A program made the position numbers and the translations under genes. Below the pieces are notes generated by a model. The model saw nothing but the letters and a program-made list of their open reading frames with translations. It was not told the DNA's origin and did not search any database. This document shows, piece by piece, positions 24,051 through 38,600 of a stretch of 64,000 nucleotides of DNA (positions within the stretch are counted from its first letter, which is position 1; the number at the start of each line of letters is the position of its first letter). This stretch comes from Eledone cirrhosa (Eukaryota), in contig OZ024757.1 in assembly GCA_964016885.1 (NCBI GenBank), forward strand, positions 35,154,001 to 35,218,000. The letters run 5' to 3'.

Positions 24051-27000
24051 GACTTTCATCTCGCGCTCTCTCTCTCCCTCGTTTCATCACACGCTCTCTC
24101 TCTTCCTCTCTCTCGTTTCACCTCGCTCTCTCTCTCTCGTTTCATCTCGCGTTAACTCTCTTCCTCTCTCTCGTTTCATCTCGCTCTCTCTCTCTCGTTT
24201 CATCTCTGTCTTCCTCTCTCTCGTTCCATCTCTCTCTTCCTCTCTCTCGTTCCATCTCTCTCTTCCTCTCTCTCGTTTCATCTCTCTCTCTCGTTTCATC
24301 TCTATCTCCCTCGTTTCATCTGTCTCTCTCTCTGTCGTTTCATCTCTCTCTAACTCTCTCTCGCTCTCTCGTTCCATCTCTCTCTTCCTCTCTCTCGTTT
24401 CATCTCTCTCTCTCGTTTCATCTCTATCTCCCTCGTTTCATCTGTCTCTCTCTCTGTCGTTTCATCTGCCTCTAACTCTCTCTCGCTCTCTCGTTTCATC
24501 TCTCTCTCCCTCTCGTTTCATCTCGCTCTCTCTCTCCTGTTTCATCTCGCTCTCTCTCTCCTGTTTCATCTAGCTCTCTCTCTCCTGTTTCATCTCGCTC
24601 TCTCTCTCCTGTTTCATCTCGCTCTCTACTCTCGTTTCCTCTCTCTCATATCCTCTCTCTCGTTTCCTCTCTCTCTCGTTTCCTCTAGCTCTCACTCTCT
24701 CGTTTCATCTCGCTCTCTCTCTCTCATTTCATCTCGCTCTCTCTCTCTCATTTCATCTCGCTCTCTCTGTCTCGTTTCATTTCGCTCTCTCTCTCTCTCA
24801 TTTCATCTCGCTATCTCTATCTCGTTTCATCCCGCTCGCTCTGTCTCGTTTCATCTCGCTCTCTCTCTCTCATTTCATCTCGCTCTCTTTCTCTCATTTC
24901 ATCTCGCTCTCTCTCTCTCTCGTTTCATCTCGCTCTCACTCTCTCATTTCATCTCGCTCTCTCTCTCTCGTTTGATCTCGCTCTCACTCTCTCTTCCTCT
25001 CTCTCTCTTGTTTCAACACTCTAATCCCTCACTTGTTTCATCTCTCTCAGATTTATTAGCCACAGGGGCAGAGATGTCCATAACATTACATGACGAATTT
25101 ATTAGCCACAGGGGCAGAGATGTCCATAACTTTACATGACTGAATTATTAGCCACAGGGGCAGAGATGTCCATAACATTACATGACATAATTATTAGCCA
25201 CAGGGGCAGAGATGTCCATAACATTACATGACAGAATTATTACCACAGGGGCAGAGATGTACATAACATTACATGACAATTATTAGCCCCAAGGGCAGAT
25301 ATGTCCATAACATTACATGACAATTATTAGCCCCATGGGCAGATATGTCCATAACATTACATGACAGACTTTCATCTCGCGCTCCCTCTCTCGTTTCATC
25401 TCGCCCTCTCTCTCTTCCTCTCTCTCGTTTCATCTCGCTCTCTCTCTCTCTCGTTTCATCTCGCGCTCTCTCTCTTCCTCTCTCTCGTTTCATCTCGCTC
25501 TCTCTCTCTCTCGTTTCATCTCTGTCTTCCTCTCTCTCGTTCCATTTCTCTCTTCCTCTCTCTCTCGTTCCATCTCTCTCTCGTTTCATCTAGCTCTCAC
25601 TCTCTCGTTTCATCTCGCTCTCTCGTTTCATCTCTATCTCCCTCGTACATCTGTCTCCCTCTCTGTCATTTCATCTCCCTCTATCTCTCTCTCGCTCTCT
25701 CGTTTCATCTCTCCCCCCCCCTCTCGTTTCATCTCGCTCTCTCACTCCTGTTTCATCTCGCTCTCTCTCTCCTGTTTCATCTCGCTCTCTACTCTCATTC
25801 CATCTCTCTCTCGTTTCATCTAGCTCACACTCTCTCGTTTCATCTCGCTCTCTCTGTCTCGTTCCATCTCGCTCTTTCTGTCTCGTTTCATCTCGCTCTC
25901 TCTCTCTCATTTCATCTCGCTCTCTCTCTCATTTCATCTCGCTCACTCTCTCTCTCTCGTTTCATCTCACTCTCACTCTCTCATTTCATCTCGCTCTCTC
26001 TCTCTCTCGTTTCATCTCACGCTCTCTCTCTTCCTCTCTCTCGTTTCATCTCGCTCTCTCTCTCTCTCTCGTTTCATCACGCGCTCTCTCTCTTCCTCTC
26101 TCTCTTTTCATCTCTCTCTCTCTCTCTCCTTTCATCTCTCTCTTCCTCTCTCTCGTTCCATCTCTCTCTTCCTCTCTCTCGTTTCATCTCTCTCTCTCGT
26201 TTCATCTCTATCTCCCTCGTTTCATCTGTCTCTCTCTCTGTCGTTTCATCTCCCTCTATCTCTCTCTCGCTCTCTCGTTTCATCTCTCTCTCCCTCTCGT
26301 TTCATCTCGCTCTCTCTCTCCTGTTTCATCTCACTCTCTCTCTCTCCTGTTTCATCTCGCTCTCTACTCTCGTTTCCTCTCTCTCGTTTCCTCTCTCTCT
26401 CGTTTCCTCTCTCTCTCGTTTCATGTAGCTCTCACTCTCTCGTTTCATCTCGCTCTCTCTCTCTCATTTCATCTCGCTCTCTCTCTCTCGTTTCATCTCG
26501 CTCTCTCTGTCTCGTTTCATCTCGCTCTCTCTGTCTCTCATTTCATCTCGCTCTCTCTGTCTCGTTTCATCCCGCTCTCTCTGTCTCGTTTCATCTCGCT
26601 CTCTCTCTCTCATTTCATCTCACTCTCTCTCTCTCATTTCATCTCGCTCTCTCTCTCTCGTTTCATCTCGCTCCCACTCTCTCATTTCATCTCGCTCTCT
26701 CTCTCTCGTTTGATCTCGCTCTCACTCTCTCTTCCTCTTTCTCTCTTGTTTCAACACTTTAATCCCTCACTTGTTTCATCTCTCTCTAATCCCTCACTTG
26801 TTTCATCTCTCTCAGAATTATTAGCCACAGGGGCAGAGATGTCCATAACGTTACATGTCAGAATTATTAGCCACAGGTGCAGAGATGTCCATAACATTAC
26901 ATGTCAGAATTATTAGCCACAGGGGCAGAGATGTCCATAACATTACATGACAGATTTATTAGCCACAGGGGCAGAGATGTCCATAACATTACATGACGAA

Positions 27001-30000
27001 TTTATTAGCCACAGGGGCAGAGATGTCCATAATATTACATGACAGAATTATTAGCCACAGGGGCAGAGATGGCCATAACATTACATGACAGAATTATTAG
27101 CCACAGGGGCAGAGATGTCCATAACATTACATGACAATTATTAGCCCCTAGGGCAGATATGTCCATATCATTACTTGACAGACTTTCATCTGGCGCTCTC
27201 TCGTTTCATCTCGCGCTCTCTCTCTTCCTCTCTCTCGTTTCATCTCGCTCTCTCTCTCTCTCGTTTCATCTCGCACTCTCTCTCTTCCTCTCTCTCGTTT
27301 TATCTTGCTCTCTCTCTCTCTCGTTTCATCTCTGTCTTCCTCTCTCTCGTTCCATCTCTCTCTTCCTCTCTCTCGTTTCATCTCTCTCTCTCGTTTCATC
27401 TCTATCTCCCTCGTTTCATCTGTCTCTCTCTCTGTCGTTTCATCTCCCTCTATCTCTCTCTCGCTCTCTCGTTTCATCTCTCTCTCCCTCTCGTTTCATC
27501 TCGCTCTCTCTCTCCTGTTTCATCTCGCTCTCTCTCTCTCTCCTGTTTCATCTCGTTCTCTACTCTCGTTTCCTCTCTCTCGTATCCTCTCTCTCGTTTC
27601 CTCTCTCTCTCGTTTCCTCTCTCTCTCGTTATCTCTAGCTCTCACTCTCTCGTTTCATCTCGCTCTCTCTCTCTCATTTCATCTCGCTCTCTCTCTCTCG
27701 TTTCATCTCGCTCTCTCTGTCTCGTTTCATTTCGCTCTCTCTCTCTCTCATTTCATCTCGCTCTCTCTGCCTCGTTTCATCCCGCTCTCTCTGTCTCGTT
27801 TCATCTCGCTCTCTCTCTCATATTTCATCACGCTCTCTCTCTCTCATTTCATCTCGCTCTCTCTCTCTCGTTTCATCTCGCTCTCACTCTCTCATTTCAT
27901 CTCGCGCTCTCTCTCGTTTGATCTCGCTCTCACTCTCTCTTCCTCTCTCTCTCTTGTTTCAACACTCTAATCCCTCACTTGTTTCATCTCTCTCTTATCC
28001 CTCACTTGTTTCATCTCTCTCAGAATTATTAGCCACAGGGGCAGAGATGTCCATAACATTACATGTCAGAATTATTAGCCACAGGGGCAGAGATGTCCAT
28101 AACATTACATGACAGATTTATTAGCCACAGAGGCAGAGATGTCCATAACATTACATGACGAATTTATTAGCCACAGGGGCAGAGATGTCCATAACATTAC
28201 ATGACAGAATTATTAGCCACAGGGGCAGAGATGTCCATAACATTACATGACATAATTATTAGCCACAGGGGCAGAGATGTCCATAACATTACATGACAGA
28301 ATTATTAGCCACAGGGGCAGATATGTCCATAACATTACATGACAATTATTAGCCCCAAGGGCAGATATGTCCATAACATTACATGACAGACTTACATCTC
28401 ACGCTCTCTCTCTCTCGTTTCATCTCGCGTTCTCTCTCTTCCTCTCTCTCGTTTCATCTCGCTCTCTCTCTCCTGTTTAATCTCGCTCTCTACTCTCGTT
28501 CCATCTCTCTCTCGTTTCATCTAGCTCTCACTCTCTCGTTTCATCTCGCTCTCTCTGTCTCTCATTTCATCTCGATCTCTCTGTCTCGTTTCATCCCGCT
28601 CTCTCTCTCTCGTTTCATCTCACTCTCACTCTCTCATTTCATCTCGCTCTCTCTCTCTCGTTTCATCTCGCGCTCTCTCTCCTCCTCTCTCTCGTTTCAT
28701 CTCACTCTCTCTCTCTCTCTCGTTTCATCACGCGTTCTCTCTCTTCCTCTCTCTCGTTTCATCTCTCTCTCTCTCTCTCTCGTTTCATCTCTGTCTTCCT
28801 CTCTCTCGTTCCATCTCTCTCTTCCTGTCTCTCATTCCATCTCTCTCTTCCTCTCTCTCGTTTCATCTCTATCTCCCTCGTTTCATCTGTCTCTCTCTCT
28901 GTCGTTTCATCTCCCTCTATCTCTCTCTCGTTTCCTCTCTCTCCTTTCCTCTCTCTCTCGTTTCCTCTCTCTCTCGTTTTATCTAGCTCTCACTCTCTCG
29001 TTTCATCTCGCTCTCTCTCTCTCATTTCATCTCGCTCTCTCTCTCTCATTTCATCTCGCTCTCTCTCTCTCGTTTCATCTCGCTCTCACTCTCTCATTTC
29101 ATCTCGCTCTCTCTCTCTCGTTTGATCTCGCTCTCACTCTCTCTTCCTCTCTCTCTCTTGTTTCAACACTCTAATCCCTCACTTGTTTCATCTCTCTCAG
29201 ATTTATTAGCCACAGGGGCAGAGATGTCCATAACATTACATGACGAATTTATTAGCCACAGGGGCAGAGATGTCCATAACATTACATGACAGAATTATTA
29301 GCCACAGGGGCAGAGATGTCCATAACATTACATGACATAATTATTAGCCACAGGGGCAGAGATCTCCATAACATTACATGACAGAATTATTAGCCACAGG
29401 GGCAGAGATGTACATAACATTACATGACAATTATTAGCCCCAAGGGCAGATATGTCCATAACATTACATGACAATTATTAGCCCCAAGGGCAGATATGTC
29501 CATAACATTACATGACAGACTTTCATCTCGCGCTCTCTCTCTCTCGTTTCATCTCGCCCTCTCTCTCTTCCTCTCTCTCGTTTCATCTCGCTCTCTCTCT
29601 CTCTCGTTTCATCTCGCGCTCTCTCTTTTCCTCTCTCTCGTTTCATCTCGCTCTCTCTCTCTCTCTCGTTTCATCTTTGTCGTCCTCTCTCTCGTTCCAT
29701 TTCTCTCTTCCTCTCTCTCTCGTTCCATCTCTCTCTCGTTTCATCTCGCTCTCTCGTTTCATCTCTATCTCCCTCGTTTCATCTGTCTCTCTCTCTGTCG
29801 TTTCATCTCCCTCTATCTCTCTCTCGCTCTCTCATTTCATCTCTCCCTCCCTCTCGTTTCATCTCGCTCTCTCACTCCTGTTTCATCTCGCTCTCTCTCT
29901 CCTGTTTCATCTCGCTCTCTACTCTCGTTTCCTCTCTCTCGTTTCCTCTCTCTCGTTTCCTCTCTCTCTCGTTTCCTCTCTCTCTCGTTTCATGTGGCTC

Positions 30001-33000
30001 TCACTCTCTCGTTTCATCTCGCTCTCTCTCTCTCATTTCATCTCGCTCTCTCTCTCTCATTTCATCTTGCTGTCTCTGTCTCGTTTCATCTCGCTCTCTC
30101 TGTCTCTCATTTCATCTCGCTCTCTCTGTCTCGTTTCATCCCGCTCTTTCTGTCTCTTTTCATCTCGCTCTCTCTCTCTCATTTCATCTCGCTCTCTCTC
30201 TCTCGTTTCATCTCACTCTCACTCTCTCATTTCATCTCGCGCTCTCTCTCTCTCGTTTCATCTCGCGCTCTCTCTCTCTTCCTCTCTCTCGTTTCATCTC
30301 GCTCTCTCTCTCTCTCTCGTTTCATCACGCGCTCTCTCTCTTCCTCTCTCTCGTTTCATCTCGATCTCTCTCTCTGTCGTTTCATCTCTGTCTTCCTCTC
30401 TCTCGTTCCATCTCTCTCTTCCTCTCTCTCGTTTCATCTCTCTCTCTCGTTTCATCTCTATCTCCCTCGTTTCATCTGTCTCTCTCTCTGTCGTTTCATC
30501 TCCCTCTATCTCTCTCTCGCTCTCTCGTTTCATCTCTCTCTCCCTCTCGTTTCATCTCGCACTCTCTCTCCTGTTTCATCTCGCTCTCTCTCTCTCCTGT
30601 TTCATCTCGCTCTCTACTCTCGTTTCCTCTCTCTCGTTTCCTCTCTCTCGTTTCCTCTCTCTCTCGTTTCCTCTCTCTCTCGTTTCATGTAGCTCTCACT
30701 CTCTCGTTTCATCTCGCTCTCTCTCTCTCAATAAATCTCGCTCTCTCTCTCTCATTTCATCTTGCTGTCTCTGTCTCGTTTCATCTCGCTCTCTCTGTCT
30801 CTCATTTCATCTCGCTCTCTCTGTCTCGTTTCATCCCGCTCTCTCTGTCTCGTTTCCTCTCGCTCTCTCTCTCATTTCATCTCACTCTCTCTCTCTCATT
30901 TCATCTCGCTCTCTCTCTCTCGTTTCATCTCGCTCTCACTCTCTAATTTCATCTCGCTCTCTCTCTCTCGTTTGATCTCGCTCTCACTCTCTCTTCCTCT
31001 CTCTCTCTTGTTTCAACACTTTAATCCCTCACTTGTTTCATCTCTCTCTAATCCCTCACTTGTTTCATCTCTCTCAGAATTATTAGCCACAGGGGCAGAG
31101 ATGTCCATAACGTTACATGTCAGAATTATTAGCCACAGGGGCAGAGATGTCCATAACATTACATGTCAGAATTATTAGCCACAGGGGCAGAGATGTCCAT
31201 AACATTACATGACCGATTTATTAGCCACAGGGGCAGAGATGTCCATAACATTACATGACGAATTTATTAGCCACAGGGGCAGAGATGTCCATAACATTAC
31301 ATGACAGAATTATTAGCCACAGGGGCAGAGATGACCATAACATTACATGACAGAATTATTAGCCACAGGGGCAGAGATGTCCATAACATTACATGACAAT
31401 TATTAGCCCCTAGGGCAGATATGTCCATAACATTACATGACAGACTTTCATCTCGCGCTCTCTCGTTTCATCTCGCTCTCTCTCTCTTCCTCTCTCTCGT
31501 TTCATCTCACTCTCTCTCTTTCTCGTTTCATCTCGCACTCTCTCTCTTCCTCTCTCTCGTTTTATCTTGCTCTCTCTCTCTCTCGTTTCATCTCTGTCTT
31601 CGTCTCTCTCGTTCCATCTCTCTCTTCCTCTCTCTCGTTTCATCTCTCTCTCTCGTTTCAACTCTATCTCCCTCGTTTCATCTGTCTCTCTCTCTGTCGT
31701 TTCATCTCCCTCTATCTCTCTCTCGCTCTCTCGTTTCATCTCTCTCTCCCACTCGTTTCATCTCGCTCTCTCTCTCCTGTTTCATCTCGCTCTCTACTCT
31801 TGTTTCCTCTCTCTCGTATCCTCTCTCTCGTTTCCTCTCTCTCTCGTTTCCTCTCTCTCTCGTTTCCTCTAGCTCTCACTCTCTCGTTTCATCTCGCTCT
31901 CTCTCTCTCATTTCATCTCGCTCTCTCTCTCTCATTTCATCTCGCTCTCTCTGTCTCGTTTCATCTCGCTGTCTCTCTCTCATTTCATCTCGCTCTCTCT
32001 CTCTCATTTCATCTCGCTCTCTCTCTCTCGTTTCATCTCGCTCTCACTCTCTCATTTCATCTCGCTCTCTCTCTCTCTCGTTTGATCTCGCTCTCACTCT
32101 CTTTTCCTCTCTCTCTCTTGTTTCAACACTCTAATCCCTCACTTGTTTCATCTCTCTCTTATCCCTCACTTGTTTCATCTCTCTCAGAATTATTAGCCAC
32201 AGGGGCAGAGATGTCCATAACATTACATGTCAGAATTATTAGCCACAGGGGCAGAGATGTCCATAACATTACATGACAGTTTTATTAGCCACAGGGGCAG
32301 AGATGTCCATAACATTACATGACGAATTTATTAGCCACAGGGGCAGAGATGTCCATAACATTACATGACAGAATTATTAGCCACAGGGGCAGAGATGTCC
32401 ATAACATTACATGACATAATTATTAGCCACAGGGGCAGAGATGTCCATAACATTACATGACAGAATTATTAGCCACAGGGGCAGATATGTCCATAACATT
32501 ACATGACAATTATTAGCCCCAAGGGCAGATATGTCCATAACATTACATGACAGACTTACATCTCACGCTCTCTCTCTCTCGTTTCATCTCGCGCTCTCTC
32601 TCTTCCTCTCTCTCGTTTCATCTCGCTCTCTCTCTCTCTCTTGTTTCATCTCGCGCTCTCTCTCTTCTTCTCTCTCGTTTCATCTCGCTCTCTCTCTCTC
32701 GTTTCAACTTTGTCTTCCTCTCTCTCTCGTTCCATCTCTCTCTCGTTTCATCTAGCTCTCACTCTCTCGTTTCATCTCGCTCTCTCTGTCTCGTTCCATC
32801 TCGCTCTCTCTCTCTCGTTTCATCTCTATCTCCCTCGTTTCATCTGTCTCTCTCTCTGTCATTTCATCTCCCTCTATCTCTCTCTCGCTCTCCCGTTTCA
32901 TCTCTACCTCCCTCTCGTTTCATCTCGCTCTCTCACTCCTGTTTCATCTCGCTCTCTCTCTCCTGTTTAATCTCGCTCTCTACTCTCGTTCCATCTCTCT

Positions 33001-33571
33001 CTCGTTTCATCTAGCTCTCACTCTCTCGTTTCATCTCGCTCTCTCTGTCTCTCATTTCATCTCGATCTCTCTGTCTCGTTTCATCCCGCTCTCTCTCTCT
33101 CGTTTCATCTCACTCTCACTCTCTCATTTCATCTCGCTCTCTCTCTCTCTCGTTTCATCTCGCGCTCTCTCTCTTCCTCTCTCTCGTTTCATCTCGCTCT
33201 CTCTCTCTCTCTCGTTTCATCACGCGTTCTCTCTCTTCCTCTCTCTCGTTTCATCTCTCTCTCTCGTTTCATCTCTATCTCCCTCGTTTCATCTGTCTCT
33301 CTCTCTGTCGTTTCATCTCCCTCTATCTCTCTCTCGCTCTCTCGTTTCATCTCTCTCTCCCTCTCGTTTCAACTCGCTCTCTCTCTCCTGTTTCATCTCG
33401 CTCTCTCTCTCTCCTGTTTCATCTCGCTCTCTACTCTCGTTTCCTCTCTCTCGTTTCCTCTCTCTCGTTTCCTCTCTCTCTCGTTTCCTCTCTCTCTCGT
33501 TTCATTTAGCTCTCACTCTCTCGTTTCATCTCGCTCTCTCTCTCTCATTTCATCTCGCTCTCTCTCTCTCG
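23639..33571 (-). repeat. Composite satellite, TC arm of macro-unit 1
   Basis: Reverse-complement 46-bp arrays at ~25048-25368, 26813-27180, 28021-28388, 29198-29518, 31075-31442 and 32185-32552, with CTCGTTTCATCTC blocks between them. Confidence 0.97.
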
Positions 33572-34422
33572 TTTCCATAGAAAAGGTAAAGAAAAGAAGA
33601 ATGCTCTATGTATTGTACAGAGCTATTTAATTACATAATAAACAACAGAATATAATTATTCCATGCAAATAGACTTAGAATGGAAAACATTCAGACAGAG
33701 AAGAATGGATAATGAGCGTCGTAAGAGAAATTGGCCAACAATTAATATTAATGGAAATGTAGAAGAATTTCATATTAGTGATATGAATGTTTCGTGTGAT
33801 CACTGTGGAGCTTTGAAATTTAGAAATGAAAATTGTAACTGTTGTAATAAAGGAAAGGTTGTGTTGCCACCATTGCAAATATACCCTGAGAGACTGAGAA
33901 ATCTCTTTGAAAGAGGCCAGGAAGCAGTTGATTTCACAGAAACATCTGCAATTAAAACTACATTTATTTCACTTCATTTGGTGTTACCACCCGGCAGAGG
34001 CCCGTATAGCTTTCATATTCAGAGTCAAACATATCACTACACCCCCATCTCTGTAACCTGCAGAAAATACACCACAATATGGCCAGTTATATATTATTGA
34101 TGGGAACGAAGGTATGTAGCACAGATTGGAAGTACAACCAAATAATTGTTTCTGGCACAAGGCCAGCAATTACTGGTACTTTATTCTATCGACCTCATAA
34201 GGATGAAAACAAAGTCAACCTTGGAGGGATTTGAACCCAGAACGTAAAGGGCCATAACCCTATGCTTCAAAGCATGGTGTCTGACGCTCTACCGATACTG
34301 CCAATCCACTGCCCTAATCCCAACAAATAATGACTGCTCACCACAAAAAATGGCTATGATAAGAGAGGTGTTGCATGAATATAATCCATATGTCGAAGTG
34401 TACAATACAATGCATGGCATCA
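33572..34422 (+). mobile_element. Helitron 5' fragment with embedded SINE (34147-34315, minus), duplicate 2
   Basis: ORF 33663-34100 translation is identical to 12318-12755, and the right breakpoint is the same. Confidence 0.92.
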
Positions 34423-34426
34423 CAAA

Positions 34427-34458
<32 letters not shown>

Positions 34459-35355
34459 CTACTAAAGTGTATGTAAAATTTTAAAATAAATACTTAAATT
34501 CAATTTGTATAATTACACATACAATATGTTTTGTTGTAAAACCCTAAATAATGATTTAAGAAATGATGTCAATCTCTTTGTACAGAGAAAAACAATTTAT
34601 ATATATGCATTGTGTGCGCCTGTATACTCCATTTAAGACAGTGAAAAACCTAGTACCTCCTTCAAAGAATGCCAAATAGTTTATGCCTAAGGTGTAACAC
34701 TAATTAAGTTACCGGTGTAGATATTTCAGTTGAACCCTGCTTCAAACATGCATATTATTATTATATATTTTCAAACACACTTACATACATTATATTTATA
34801 CACATAGAAATAATAAGTTAAAACTAAAGTATAATGATATAACAACAGTATATAATAGTTTTCTTCACTTTATTGAGATGCAATCGTTTTAAAGAAAAAA
34901 CATGACAGTATAAGAAATATTTAATATGAGAACATAATATTTCAGGTAGGATGGTGGTTTCTCTATGATGGTGGTTTCTCTTTGAACTAATAATTGTTTC
35001 TATTTTAGGCACAAGGTCAGTAATTAACCAGTACATTACTGGTACTTTATTTTATCGACCCCGTAAGGATGAAAGGCAAAGTTGACCTCGGATCGTAAAG
35101 GGACGTAACTATGCTGGAAAGCATGGCGTCAGACCCTCTACCGATACTGCCAATTCACCATACAGTATAATTATACAAATATGCATATAGATAGCAATAT
35201 ATATACACTAATATGTATGTACATATTTACACATATGTACATATATATAGGGAGAGAGAGAGAGACACATGTATGTATATATATATACACATGCGTGTAT
35301 GCATGTGTGTTTATGTACATTCTTCGGTATATATATCGGTATACACATTGGAGAC
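34423..35355. repeat. AT-rich spacer copy 2, with B-box-deleted SINE (34995-35159, minus)
   Basis: Near identity to 13078-13995. Confidence 0.9.
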
Positions 35356-35587
35356 ACAGAGAGAGAGAGTTGAAACGAGAGGTGAGAGAGAGAGTTGAAA
35401 CGAGGAGAGAGTTGAAACGAGGAGAGAGTTTAAACAAGAGGGTGAGGGGAGAGAGGAAGAGAGAGAGAGAGAGGAAGAGAGAGAGAGGGGATGAGAGAGA
35501 GGAAGAGAGAGAGAGGGAGAGAAGGGGATGAAACAAGAGGGTGAGGGATGAAACAACAGAGAGAGGGGAGAGAAAGAGAGAGGGGAT

Positions 35588-35624
<37 letters not shown>

Positions 35625-38600
35625 ATTGAAACAAGAGAGAGATGAAACAAGTGAGGGATTAGAGAGAGATGAAACAAGTGAGGGATTAGAGTGTTGAAAC
35701 AAGAGAGAGAGAGCGAGATGAAATGAGAGAAAGAGAGTGAGATGAAATGAGAGAGTGAGAGCGAGATGAAACGAGACAGGGAGAGCGAGATGAAATGAGA
35801 GAGTGAGAGCCAGATGAAATGAGAGAGTGAGAGCGAGATGAAACGAGAGAGTGAGAGCGAGATGAAACGAGAGAGTGAGAGCGAGATGAAACGAGAGAGA
35901 GAGAGAACGAGATGAAATGAGAGAGAGAGAGAGCGAGATGAAATGAGAGAGAGAGAGCAAGATGAAATGAGAGAGAGAGAGCGAGATGAAACGAGAGAGT
36001 GAGATCGAGATGGAACGAGTCAGAGAGAGCGAGATGAAACGAGAGAGTGAGAGCTAGATGAAACGAGAGAGAGGAAACGAGAGAGAGAGGAAACGAGAGA
36101 GAGGAAACGAGAGAGAGGAAACGAGAGTAGAGAGCAAGATGAAACAGGAGAGAGAGAGAGCGAGATGAAACCGGAGAGAGAGAGCGAGATGAAACGAGAG
36201 GGAGGGAGATATGAAACGAGAGAGCGAGAGAGAGATAGAGGGAGATGAAACGAGAGAGTGACAGCTAGATGAAACGAGAGAGAGAGGAATAGAGAGATGG
36301 AACGAGAGAGAGGAAGACAGATATGAAACGAGAGAGAGAGAGAGCGAGATGAAACGAGAGAGAGGAAGAGAGAGAGCGCGAGATGAAATGAGAGAGAGAG
36401 AGCGAGATGAAACGAGAGAGAGGAAGAGAGAGAGCGCGAGATGAAAGTCTGTCATGTAATGTTATGGACATATCTGCCCTTGGGGCTAATAATTGTCATT
36501 TAATGTTATGGACATATTGCCCTTGGGGCTAATAATTGTCATGTAATGTTATGGATATCTCTGCCCCTGTGGCTAATAATTCTGTCATGTAATGTTATGG
36601 ACATCTCTGCCCCTGTGGCTAATAATTCTGTCATGTAATGTTATGGACATCTCTGCCCCTGTGGCTAATAATTCTGTCATGTAATGTTATGGACATCTCT
36701 GCCCCTGTGGCTAATAAATCTGACATTTAATGTTATGGACATCTGTGCCCCTGTGGCTAATAAATCTGTCATGTAATGTTATGGACATCTCTGCCCCTGT
36801 GGCTAATAATTCTGACATGTAATGTTATGGACATCTCTGCCCCTGTGGCTATTAATTCTGAGAGAGATGAAACAAGTGTGGGATTAGAGAGAGATGAAAC
36901 AAGTGAAGGATTAGAGTGTTGAAACAAGAGAGAGGAAGAGAGAGTGAGAGCGAGATCAAACGAGAGAGAGAGAGCGAGATGAAATGAGAGAGAGAGAGCG
37001 AGATGAAACAAGACAGAGAGAACGGGATGAAACGAGACAGAGAGAGAGAGAGCGAGATGAAACGAGAGAGAGAGAGCGAGATGAAACGAGAGAGAGAGAG
37101 CGAGATGAAATGAGAGAGAGAGAGCGAGATGAAATGAGAGAGAGAGAGCGAGATGAAACGAGACAGAGAGAGCGGGATGAAACGAGACAGAGAGGGCGAG
37201 AGCGAGATGAAACGAGACAGAGAGAGCGAGATGAAACGACAGAGAGAGAGCGGGATGAAATGAGAGAGAGAGAGCGAGATGAAATGAGAGAGAGAGAGCG
37301 AGATGAAACGAGAGAGTGAGAGCGAGATGGAACGAGACAGAGAGAGCGAGATGAAACGAGACAGAGAGAGCGAGATGAAACGAGACAGAGAGAGCGAGAG
37401 CGAGATGAAACGAGACAGAGAGAGCGAGATGAAACGAGAGAGAGAGAGCGAGATGAAATGAGAGAGTGAGAGCGAGATGAAACGAGAGAGAGAGAGAGAG
37501 AGAGCGAGATGAAATGAGAGAGAGAGAGCGAGATGAAATGAGAGAGAGAGAGCGAGATGAAACGAGACAGAGAGAGCGGGATGAAACGAGACAGAGAGAG
37601 CGAGAGCGAGATGAAACGAGACAGAGAGAGTGAGATGAAACGAGAGAGAGAGAGTGAGATGAAATGAGAGAGAGAGAGCGAGATGAAACGAGAGAGTGAG
37701 AGCGAGATGAAACGAGAGAGAGAGGAAACGAGAGAGACGAAACGAGAGAGAGGAAACGAGAGTAGAGAGCGAGATGAAACAGGAGAGAGAGAGCGAGATG
37801 AAACAGGAGAGAGAGAGCGAGATGAAACGAGAGGGAGAGAGAGATGAAACGAGAGAGCGAGAGAGAGATCGAGGGAGATGAAACGACAGAGAGAGAGACA
37901 GATGAAACGAGGGAGATAGAGATGAAACGAGAGAGAGAGATGAAACGAGAGAGAGGAAGAGAGAGATGGAACGAGAGAGAGGAAGTCAGAGATGAAACGA
38001 GAGAGAGAGAGAGCAAGATGAAACGAGAGAGAGAGATGAAACGAGAGAGAGGAAGAGAGAGATGGAACGAGAGAGAGGAAGAGAGAGATGGAACGAGAGA
38101 GAGGAAGCCAGAGATGAAACGAGAGAGAGAGAGAGATGAAACGAGAGAGAGGAAGAGAGAGAGAGCGCAAGATGAAACGAGAGAGAGAGAGCGAGATGAA
38201 ACGAGAGAGAGGAAGAGAGAGAGCGCGAGATGAAACGAGAGAGAGGAAGAGAGAGAGCGCGAGATGAAACGAGAGAGAGAGAGCGAGATGAAATGAGAGA
38301 GTGAGAGTGAGATGAAACGAGAGAGAGAGAGAGAGCGAGATGAAATGAGAGAGAGAGAGCGAGATGAAATGAGAGAGAGAGAGCGAGATGAAACGAGACA
38401 GAGAGAGCGGGATGAAACGAGACAGAGAGATCGAGATGAAATGAGAGAGAGAGAGCAAGATGAAATGAGAGAGAGAGAGCGAGATGAAACGAGAGAGTGA
38501 GATCGAGATGGAACGAGTCAGAGAGAGCGAGATGAAACGAGAGAGAGGAAACGAGAGAGAGAGGAAACGAGAGAGAGGAAACGAGAGAGAGGAAACGAGA